NCBI GenBank assembly: GCA_002633005.1
Contig: NMRA01000460.1
Span: 298,244 to 362,243 of the forward strand
DNA from: Phoronis australis
Taxonomy: Eukaryota; Animalia; Phoronida
Direction: 5' to 3'
DNA: 64,000 bases
The position numbers and the translations under genes were made by a program. Below the pieces are notes generated by a model. That model did no database searches and was not told the DNA's origin. It saw only the letters and a list, made by a program, of their open reading frames with translations. This document shows, one piece after another, positions 1 to 11,000 of the stretch; the first letter of the stretch is position 1; each line of letters starts with the position of its first letter.

Positions 1-558
1 CACGGTGATGGAAGATCCCTCATTGAAGTCTTTAGCTACAACCCCAGTAAAGATTCTTTTTAGTGCGGATTTCATCCCACTAAAGGTAAGCTCAGAACAA
101 GCAGTCAGAGCCATCTGCTTTTCTGTCCGTTCCAAGTTTGCACTGTCCAGCAATTTGAATGCTAGGACAGCATCTGGCAAAGTCATGTCATACATCTGAC
201 ACTTTTTATAAGCAGTGTCAAAAATGTGGATGAACTCATCAATATCCTGTCCCATTTCCCGATGATACATATCAAACTTTGTGTACGCCTCGTATGCATA
301 CATGTAGTCCTTTCTATCTCGAGAGTAGACGGTGTCCAGCCGTTCAATCAACGTTTTTAGACCATCCTCGGCCTCTAAAACATCTGCAATCAACTGTAGT
401 GCAGTTTCCCTGGCTCTGCCTGTAAGAGTCAAACTTACTGCAAGCCCTTGTTTCTTCCTTGGTAAATCAGTTACCCGCTTCCATAACTCTATCTCCTGTT
501 TCCAATCCAGGTAATTCCCATCCTCGAATTTAGGATTCATGAAGCTTTGTGAAGACAT
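1..558 (-). mobile_element. Gag ORF of a Copia LTR retrotransposon (GalEa-type), running off the window edge
   Basis: ATG at 558, then 186 stop-free codons to position 1: MSSQSFMNPKFEDGNYLDWKQEIELWKRVTDLPRKKQGLAVSLTLTGRARE...AYEAYTKF...LPDAVLAFKLLDSANL...MKSALKRIF. It lies just downstream of a tRNA-iMet PBS. It is missing from the ORF track because no stop falls in the window. Confidence 0.8.
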
Positions 559-570
559 TTTCACAACCTT

Positions 571-582
571 GCTCTGCTACCA
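571..582 (-). promoter_or_regulatory. Primer-binding site TGGTAGCAGAGC (complementary to the 3' end of tRNA-iMet)
   Basis: Plus strand gctctgctacca at 571-582, directly after an LTR-type CA end on the minus strand and 12 nt before the gag ATG. Confidence 0.8.
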
Positions 583-821
583 TGAAAAGTCATTGGAGAT
601 AAAGACAAGTTGCCCAGTTGGCTGTCGAACTAAAAGTGTATTCATATCAACAAATAATAGAATATATACAGAAATGTACAGGAAGTCAATAGGTTCTAGG
701 AATATATGACTAATACAGTACTGACTACTACAAAACAGGAACCAGTAAACCATAAACAACAACAAGATAGAATATTATGTAACTACAGGATATAAACACA
801 TTCCAATATAGTTATCATACA
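583..821 (-). mobile_element. Putative 5' LTR (about 240 bp, TG...CA) of the Copia element
   Basis: Minus strand ends in CA at 583, next to the PBS, and begins TGTATGATAAC at 821, where a different flanking repeat resumes. The second LTR is outside the window, so the outer boundary is inferred. Confidence 0.55.
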
Positions 822-824
822 CGC

Positions 825-3215
825 CAATCAATAGCATTACTTTGCTAAGTAATCGGATTATCCAATCAAATGAAACACATCAAAGAATATTGAGTGTAAA
901 CTCAAGTTTTGACGCAGACTCTTCAAATTCACACTTTTGATTTTGTACGAATAATTGAGTTCTAATTGGTGCAACTATGGGTCACTTCCGATTGTTGTAT
1001 AAAATTGAGTTCCAAATTTTGACCTTTTTATTCAACACGTACTCTGATGTGTCAACAGTTGGACAACTCCAATTCTCAGCATTAAACACACATTTCACAA
1101 AATTTCCAACAATTCTACTAAAGGGGCTTATGAAGCACCGAAAAGGGTCAATTAGCGCAAAGGTCACGTACACTTCAAATATTTTTCTCTTACAATTTCC
1201 AAAGAATTCTTTTCAATTTCAGCACACATGTGTAAGCCTCAATGCAAATCAAATTCATTTCTTTACTAAGCAATCGGGGAATTCAATGAGATAAAATATG
1301 TCAATGTCACTGAGTGCAAGCCTAACTGGTGATTGATACGTGCATCAAAGCATCAGGTCATTTGGTGAAAAAAGGGGACCGTTAAGTGCACTTTTGACCT
1401 TTACGTCTGTTATGTATTCTAAATTGTCAGTTGTTAAACACCTAAGATTCAGAATGATCCACGTTCTTATTTTATTCTCTGGTTTTGGTATGGTGCAGCT
1501 GCCATTGGAAAGGCGGTAAATTTTGCCAAATGTCTCACTCGCGCAGTCATTATTGTCACGTTAATACATGTACATGTACTATTCTTTATGACGTTTTATA
1601 GAACTTGATCACACTCAAACAACTCAATTTTCAACTTTGAAATTTTCCAAGTGCGTTTGAGCCATCCATAAATTTTATAAAATAATTAAATTTTGACTCA
1701 TAGTGCAGACGCGGTCAATAAATGCAAAGGTCTTCTGATTTTCCAACTATTACTTTGCCTACTTTTTGAGGAATTCTTTTTAACTTTACGTGTACTGGTG
1801 TAAGTCTGTTTGCCAACCGAATGCTTAATTTTCGTAGTAATTGCGTCATCCCCTCAGATTAAATATGTCAAAGGTCATTGGGAGCAAACCAAGATTTTGA
1901 GCTAGACACTTCAAATTCACAAACTTAAGGGAGTTCTAATTCTAAAGTTTCATATAATTTCGAGCATAAGGTGCACTTTTCTTCTGCAAATTTGATCTTT
2001 TCATTCAAACCATTTTCTGATGTGACAATAGGCAATTGTGATTTGAAGCACTTAACACACTTTTTACGGAGTTTGTAACTATCCTACTAAAAGGGCTTGT
2101 AAACTATCTGAAATGGTCAATTAGTGCAAAGTACGCTTAATTTTCAAAATGTTATTTCTCCTACATTTTTCAAGGAAATGTCTTTAATTTCAACACACAG
2201 GTTCAAGCTCATATGCCAATCACATGGACTACTTAACTAAGCGATTTTACTTTTCAATCAGATAAAAAAGGTCGTGCACGTGAGTTCTTATTCCAAAGTT
2301 TCAGGTCATTTGGTACCATGGGATCATTAAGTGATTTTTTTCTGAAAGTTTCACCTTTTCATTTATATTCTGATGTGTTAACAGTTAAACATGTGTGCTT
2401 CTCAGAATTTCCACACCTTCACTGACGTTGCAATCAATCCATGACAAAAGCTAATAATGGAAGGAAAGGGTCAATTAGTGTAAAGGCCATCTAATATTCA
2501 AAATGTAATTTCTCCTACATTTTTCAAGGAATTCTCTTCAATTTCAGCACTCATGTATAATGCTATATGCCAATCACAGGATATTGCACCTAAGGATGCA
2601 CCGAATGACATAAAACTTTAGAATTAGAACTGAATTCCAGAAAAGTGCATTTGAAGTGTCTAGTTCAAAAATTTTGCACTGAATGAGGTTTGGCCTATTT
2701 TATCTGATTGGACGGCTCGAATGTCTACAAAAGTTTGATTAACATGTACCTTGAAATTGAAAAGAATTCCTAAAAATGTAGGAGGAATAAAATGTTAAAA
2801 ATTAGATGTATTTTGCACTAATTAACCTTTCCAGTGCATCATATGTCCTTTTAGTAACAGTATTTTAAAAGTTCCAGAAAATTGTATTTAATACAGAGAA
2901 TCAAAATTGTTTATCTGTTGACACATGGGAATACGTGTTGAATGAAAAGGTCAGAAATTCAGGAAAAATTCACCTAATGACCTCATGGCTTCAACAAATG
3001 ACCCGGAACTTAGGTTATAGAATTCAATTCCATTTGCCAATCACACACGCGAATTTGAAGTGTCTACCTCAAGATCTTAGTTTGAAGTATTTAGTCTGAT
3101 TGGAGGATCCGATTACTTAAAAAAGTAACGCATTTGATTGTGACCGTAAGCTGAAGCTGAAAAGAATTCCTCCAAAATGTTGGAGAAGAACTTTGTACCT
3201 ATTGACCATTTGGGG
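825..3215. repeat. Degenerate AT-rich satellite-like array with an internal inversion
   Basis: The motif ggtcaattagtgcaaagg...aagaattct..tcaatttcagcac recurs at about 1146, 1712, 2116 and 2469. Its reverse complement appears at about 2812 and 3191. A related copy lies at about 15940-16170. Confidence 0.6.
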
Positions 3216-4319
3216 TGCGTGATGAAAATATCGAGATATGTGATATGCAAGCTGATTTAAACAAGGGCGAAGCCCAAGTATAAATCGGCTTGCATATCAT
3301 GTGTCAAGTTATAAAAACCCACAGTTATCACGTTCGTTGTATTACATATTTATCATACAAATTGCATGAACCACATGCATTCTTAGGACGCACATTTACA
3401 CAAATCTTCAGAGGACTTAGCGACAGCATATGTTTATATGTCGCTGTAGGATTGTGAAGGAATTTGAACTCATAAGTTATGTGTTTACTTCATGTAAAAC
3501 TGCAGCAATGCTAAGCTAATCAACATACGGAACAGATTTAACATCAAGTAACGAATTAAGTGGCAAACAGCCATCTGCTACCTGCGCTACCGCAGTCTGT
3601 ACACGACCGGTAGCAGCTTGAGCATACGATCAGAACAAGACGTGTTAAAGAAGAGATTTATTTGGAAAAACTCATTGAATTGATAACATAATAGCATAGT
3701 GCGAAACGTTTTATAACTATTAATAATTTTATTCACTTATATTGCCCAAGTACAGCACGGTTGGTACCCGGGGGTTATGATAACCGTGTTTAGCGTAGTG
3801 ACTCATTCATGACTAGTTGGTCAAATGCGGAGGCTGTATCGTTTAGCTTGCGTGTGTTTGCGTTTCTAAAACACTGTTTCCAACTTAACATGCATCAAGT
3901 TTGTTAAATAAGTAAACATGTAGATGGTTTAAGACGGATATGTCCATAAGTTGTGCCGTATATTTGATTCAGTTGTCATTTGTAAGGTGTTTTTCAATTA
4001 TTGAATATAGTGACACATCAGTACAGAATTGGAAGACGTGAGTGAATTGATAAATGACATATAACAACGTGAGTTAAAGCAACCACCTAATTTCTTATGG
4101 AAGTAGCCCACCGAATACTGGTTTGCCTGAGAAAACACGAAAAAGTCGTTCTGGTGTATAGCACTGTGTGAAAACACAGTATTTGACCGCTGTATCATCA
4201 CCTATACATGATAAGATATTTCATGAAATTTATGGATACCTCAAGCCTACTTGGAAAGTTTCGAAGTTGAAAGTTTAGTCGCTTGAGAGTTATTAAACTC
4301 TAGAACAGTTCAAAAAAAT

Positions 4320-4700
4320 AATAAGATAAAACCCCGAGAATAACATGACTCAAGTGTTCTGCGCGGATTAATGATAATTATAATGATAATGAAAATAACT
4401 TATAAGAACCATAAGTTAGAAACCCGAGAATAACAAGTCTCTGCGCTGGTACGCGCACAGTAGAGAAAACAATTGAAACCCGAGAACAAATGACTTAGTG
4501 CTGGTACTTGCAAATAAAATTATAGGAAAAAATCGGGAATAACAAGACACTGTGTTTGTACGTACTCGTACGCGCAGAGCAATGAGGAGAAGATTAAAAC
4601 CCGAGAATAACAAGACACTGTGTTGGTACACGCAGAATGATAAAAAAGATAAAAAACTGAGAATAGCATGACTCTATGCTGTTAGGAGCAGAGTAATGAG
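4320..4700 (+). repeat. Degenerate tandem repeat of about 55-90 bp units (aaacccgagaataacaagac...cgcgcagag)
   Basis: Six units start near 4330, 4421, 4477, 4530, 4598 and 4654. Related units occur at 16310-16460. Confidence 0.6.
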
Positions 4701-4898
4701 GCATTCAATTCAAGCTTTGGTATAAACATGGGTGGCAATTTTCTTCATCGATGATACAGACATGGTAAACATTTTCAAGACCCATCAGCAAAACCTTCCA
4801 CGTCCTTGATCTGTGTTCTCCGAGTCTCGTACTCTAGACTTCCCCATTTGAATTCTGAAATATTAAGCGATAAATTCACGGAGTGCGTTGCTTTGCAG

Positions 4899-5037
4899 AT
4901 GACTACACGTCGGACGCCAAGGCAAAAGTCTATGCTGGCATTCTTAAGTTGAGACAGACTACTTGTTTAAATTTCGTTGAATATCAATCTGGCACTCCGA
5001 ATGAGCCTCATGTGAAGTTTGATAGAGATGGTGGAGG
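4899..5037 (+). CDS. Astacin catalytic domain exon a (phase 1-2)
   Basis: ttgcag|..DYTSDAKAKVYAGILKLRQTTCLNFVEYQSGTPNEPHVKFDRDGG(G)|gtaagt; has the astacin TCxxF motif. Confidence 0.85.
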
Positions 5038-8000
5038 GTAAGTAACGAGCGTGACTAACAACATTCATGTTCATGGTGCAACTTCTTTGCATTTGCTAGA
5101 TACTATTACACAGTTCAGACCCATTTTCTTTTCATCCCTACTTTCGAAAAATACTTAAAGGAGAATGACTCCCAAAACAACTTATTTTGTAACAATTTAG
5201 ATCGATATCACCAAGTACAATTCTTTTACCTGGCACCCGACGGCAGATAGAGGTGTTGAAATTACCAAATGACGTCAGAGGTTTGAACGCAGTCTGTTAG
5301 CAGTTCACAGCGCGCTTACTCGTGTCAGCTTATCGCTCTAATTCATCGTTTTACACCAATGAATCATCAAAATTAGATGTAAAGCCCTTACAAATAAATC
5401 GAGTTATTGCACAAAGGTGTTGTTTTATTTAGCTGTTAAAGATTTATAGGTACATGTATTTGAACGTACCGTAGCCTACGAAGTTCGACTTATTTTCCAA
5501 GGTCGGTCGCGGGAGTTTGGGACCTGTTCGGTGATAAATTCGGATTATTCGTACGAGAAATGCAGGCAGGAGAACATAATTGTAATTCATGACTTGCGAT
5601 TTCTTCAGCTCTGAACACACAAACCTCTTGTTGTCGTGGCCATTGGTTTCGGAATCTGATCAGGCTCGTTGCCGGACTGAAGACATCACAAGCATAAAAC
5701 AGCCAAAGTTGGAAACTAAAATTTCCAGTTACGAAAAGACTATGTTAGTGATCCAAAGGAATAATATGCACGTGATTATTCTGGTGAAATTGCTTCAAAA
5801 CCGCAAATCTACTTACTAGCTCTTTGGGGGCCGCGAAGTCAGGTATCCATTCCACAGAACCGTCAGGGCAAAAGTTGTACAGCAAAATGATTCGAATAAT
5901 GTATATGAATATCTAAACAAAATTTTCTCTTACATTTTACCATAGGATATAAAGTCAAGTTATTTTTTCACAAAAGATTTCTGTCAGCAAACACTGAATT
6001 AGGTGCTCACACAGCCTCGGTGTCCTGGCTATCAGTTTATTGCATTAAAAGCCTGTGATTCATTCGTTGCTGGTTTCTCAAACATTTGCACTCACGAAAG
6101 ATCCAAAGGCATGACAAATTGTATCTAATGAGACTGACTGTGTTTCAGTTTAATATAAGCACTGGTTAGTGTGAAAATAATTCATTTGAAACAGAACGTA
6201 GAGTAATAAACGTCTACATGGCAACTCGCCCGGCGCCACGCCTAACTTAGTCAAGAGCTCATCCGACGAAGACTTCACAGGTCGGATTGCCAGGTTTCAC
6301 AGGCTATCTGCTCGAACCGGCATACACTGATCACGAAACACTATAGAGGTGCCGTGAACATGCACAGGCAACGGAACGTATGGGTAGTTCTTTGGTAAGC
6401 GTGAATTCGTCAGAGAAATCACTGTCGACGAAAAGCCGGCCGCAGACACGGATATATTTTACGGCCTCATACTTGCTAATATCAGCATACCTTCCATTCT
6501 TCACTACCGCGAGACACTTCCTAAGCATTTCGGGCTCTCGAGGAAGTCAAAAAACGATATACCCGCTTTCTTCGCAGCTTCATATTTGGAACAAGCGGGA
6601 ACGATGCACCGCAGTATAGCGGCATTCTCTCTGCAGACGAACCTCTGACGTCGCTGCGTCGTTTCTCACCTTCCTCATAGGTTAACGCGACACCTCTCGG
6701 CAAGGTGAGGTCGACCGTATAAGAGGCCATGTGAATATAGACCGATTAAGACGGTAAAAATGACGTATTAAATCAGGTGGCATTCTCCTTTAAGTAATCT
6801 AAATTATTTAGCGGCGTTACAAAATTTGGTTCTCAACCGCTATTTGCTGCTAAAATTGTGGTGTGATCTTTTGCACCTGCTTTTGGCGCATTGAAATATT
6901 GCGTCACCTGTTTCTTTTTCTTCAATCAAACGTTCTTCCTTGAGGTTGCGTAAACGTCACAATAAGTGATCAGAATTTGTTTCACTTCATTATAAGTTTT
7001 TAGAATTTTGATATCAGTAAACCGAATGTTAGAACAAATTTTGCTGCGATGTTGTCATGTTGTGGGAGATGTCGAAAAAAATCTGTAAGTGGCACGTGTC
7101 ACGAGTGCTCTCCTTTCGAAACGACGACACACCTTTCTTTGCTACAAAAGATGAAGAATTACTTTTAATTTTTGTGGACTTTTTTCCGAGGCGTACCTTT
7201 TTGCCCACTTGGCTAAATGGGGGAGGGGGGAGGGTCATTCGAGCCCCCGGAGACGAGCCCCCCCGACTCCCCTTGGTTGCGCGCATGTGCTCTACCAAAA
7301 TTAATGAAATTGAACAAAAATTAACAATAATTGTCTATGGGAAAGAGCAACATACATGTACAGCGTGATGAAGTGACGATCAAGAGCAACAACGGAAGAG
7401 CGCAAATGCGTCCTAATTGTTGAGCACTTCCGGGCATGAAAACACTTGAGGTCGTAAAATATCCATCGTTGTATTCTGATTTTTATGCAAATTTACTGAA
7501 ACATTTCCAATGTCTTGGTTGGTGATACTTTTTTATGCATAACGTGTAAATAGTCTCATATCTAGAGTTCGAAATTATGTTTCTGCGATATCATTTAACG
7601 TTTGATTTTACCACGCCGTCAGCATATCAACACAAAGTTTTACGTTGGTGTAATTTTACGCAATTCATATTTGTAGGTTGATTAGATTTTACCACCTTTC
7701 AATAGTTGAACAAAAGTTGATAAATCGAGGTCAAGAGCCGAGTTGCCACTGGTGAACGAACAGCGAACAGTTAAATGTTTGTTTGGCCAAAGTTCACTGG
7801 CTAAGTCGTGAAATGGTAGTTGCCGACCAAGGACACGCATAATCCAAATTGGTCGTCTATGATAGGCGTTCACTTTGACGACCCAAGGGCCGACCGCAGA
7901 AGCTACTCAGCAGACGGCTTCTGGCAGATCATTTTTGGTCGTCTGCTGGTCGGCTAAACGGCCGGTCGTCAACCGGTTGTCGACCAATTTCCAACCTGAG

Positions 8001-11000
8001 GGACAAAAATTGGTGATGTGCTCTGTACTTGTCTATCGAAAGCCTTGTAAAACCTTCATGTGTTCGAACATTAAGCCTTGTCCTCATTGTTTCCCACCTA
8101 TCCAAAAAAGTCGCTAAGGTACACAATTTTTGTACAGGATAACTCGTCTTCTTTCCAAATATCGTAGAGCAGGACGACCGCGTTTCGCCTTCGGACGTAC
8201 ACGAGACCTACTAGTCTCAGCCGTTTGTATTTCTGTTGACCTCTGTAGCTGCATATGAGTTGTAATGTTTACATGCATTAAAACGACTGTCCTTTTTATT
8301 CTTTGTAAAAATTTCATTCGTTCGTAGTATTAACAGCGATTTTTTCAAATTTTTGCACGTGTTCAAAATTAATAAATTTTTGAACTTTATGTTAAACCAA
8401 TAAAACCGGCTAAAACGCAGTTAAGAGGTTTTTTCGTCTATGACTATAGGCCTTTAACCGAGCACGTCTTTCTAAGGTCTTAAGTAGCATTTTCTGGCAG
8501 CACTTACGGGTGTTTCTAAATCGATCGTCACAGATTTTCGTGAAACTTTTTCAGGGCTTGGTCTACCTATAGATATGCTCTAAGTAACCATTGTCTTCCT
8601 GACAGAAGCATCGTTTTTGTTTCCATAAAATAAACTGATCTTGTAAAATGGCTTTTTCAAAAATTGTTTCAGTATGAAAGTTGTCAACTTTGCAAGACTA
8701 TTGAGAAATCTTAAAAGTTAGAAATAACTACGATTTTCTTCTGAGACCATAAGATCCAGAAAATGTTTGTGATTTAAGACATACAACTTAGTATTTAAGT
8801 TCTGGCTTTTGAAATATTGAGAATAATTTCAGCCATTTTCAATGAGAAAGCGAAGAAAGGATATAACAGGTTTGAATATGAAATCAGTGGGATTTTGGTA
8901 GTTTTGGGTTAGCTTAGTTCTTACATCAAGTCAAAAGTTTGGTTCTTTGCTTGCTTAGTGGCTGATACATGTATGTAATTTTACTGAGTATACCATGCAT
9001 TATTTGATTGCACTGCAAAGATGCACAGAAGCAATGTAAACATTATGATTTGAATACGTAAAGTGGATAAGAAGTAATTTTTGTTGGATTTGGGGATCGG
9101 AAGAGCAGGAAGGGGGATCGGGTGGGAGGGGGGTGGTCGAGCCGTTCCCTACTTCTGTTAACTTCAGCAATTTTTCAATGTAGTCTAGTGAGAACATTCA
9201 CTTAAAATTAGTAATGATGGGGCAGACGTAAGAGGTAAGGGACTAGACGGAAAGTGGTGTTGTGATGATTGTGGAGATACCAGGAGGCGACTTCGGTCCC
9301 TCAACGAATTACACAACGCGAGTCTGTTCATACAGCGAGGTCTGCTAAGATCAATCCATAAAATACGTACACTATATCGCTGTGTAGCATGTAACTAGAA
9401 AACACACAACTTTTACCTTTTAATAGCCTTGGGTATGGGTTATAAAACGGTTTCGTATTTGTGATTTTTGTTAGAATTACGTAGTTGATTCAACGACAAT
9501 TGGTTTTTGCCTAAAGAACTCTCGGGAATATATGCTGGAGCGGCCACACCAAAAGAATCTTGACGGCCTAAGCCATTTTTTGCCATTTACGATATGGATT
9601 TCATGGATTAGTGTGCACTCAAAAAGCTTCCTTTGTAAGATAATTCTCATATGACTATTGTGAAAGAAAAATATGTATCCTTGTATAAAACGGCACACTT
9701 CCGTTTATTTGAACATTAACATCCGGCCTCTGGCCTAGTCTTTCTCATTGTGTATAACTGGCATTTTTAGAAACTGTACATCATGATTCCTGTGAAATAA
9801 ATGTATTTTGAGCATTTTGTAAGTATCTGAAGCTTCTATCTTGGGCTCAATTGAAAAAGCTGCTTCATTTCACCCCCCCCCCGAAAACAACGATTAAAAC
9901 AACACATATTTTGCCTATTTTCCCTTCAATTCACACGATATAAAGCGTTGAAGAAATCAAAATGCATGGACATACAGCGTCAAAAAGAATTGTGGCTTTT
10001 TAGGCCTGGACAATCAGCCAACAGATAAAGGTGTTCACTTGACAGAGCTTCACAGTAGAACGGTCTGCGTACCAACACCGATGTTCCAGAACTTCATGTA
10101 AGAGTACGAATCTTAGATTTCTTTCTCAACCGTTTGCGTGTCTCCACCCTTCAGACAAATTTAGATGTGGAAGACATTCCAAAAAAGAAGCCCTGATCTG
10201 GGCCTGTTTTAGCCAGTCATATCGTTAAGTTTTTCTTGCCATTTTTCGCTACCCTCATGTCTTTAGACACGACTGCAGGGCTACACTTGACGCCATTTTT
10301 TTGTCAAGCTACAAACTTTTCGTAAAGAATGCTTTTATGCCACGAGGAAATCTGGAGCTCCGTTTGTCTTTGTGTAATGCCCAACCAGACTCAAATTTAT
10401 TAGAAGTGTACCGCGGCCATCTCTCTTCATAATAAGACGATGGAAGGGCTGATGCGACAAATGCATTTGAGGCAGACACCAACTGCCTTGCTATGTCATC
10501 TAATGCAGATTCCCTCCCTTGGTCACACGTATTTCTACCAATGCCCAATAGAACATTTATTTCAAAAGAGGAAATAAACAATATTGTGCATCCGTGCACG
10601 AGCATTATGTCAAAAAGACGCCCACTCTGGCAAGGGTGAGTCCATATATAAAAACATGCTCAGTCACATTACTGGCACGTCGCAGGTGCTCTGTTGCAGT
10701 TTTTGTGTACATGTAGCTGCCTACATTTATAAAGACCTCATCATGAGACCATTTCCATGGGAAGTTTCTTTTAAAACCGTACCCTACAGCAGTCATATTT
10801 CCATAACAAGAAGTTTCACTACTGTAGCGCCACACGGTGTCACTTGCTGAAATTACCCTCAGCACTGAAAGTATGATGTTAACTCTCACACAACCCACTA
10901 GTCTAAGAGCAAAGAAACTGTAAACAAAATAATTGTGCACGCTAAACCCTGTTTCTTCTGGTAATTGTATTTTATATTACTGAGCAATTACACCAGGTAC

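Noticed and set aside
3960-4200. Candidate upstream astacin exon (W...IPY motif)
   Set aside because: No open, phase-compatible frame with the expected motif, so the 5' exons are assumed to lie outside the window.
4320-4700. Repeat/spacer-like array that could be mistaken for CRISPR
   Set aside because: The repeats are degenerate, the spacers resemble each other, there are no cas genes, and the context is a eukaryotic intron.
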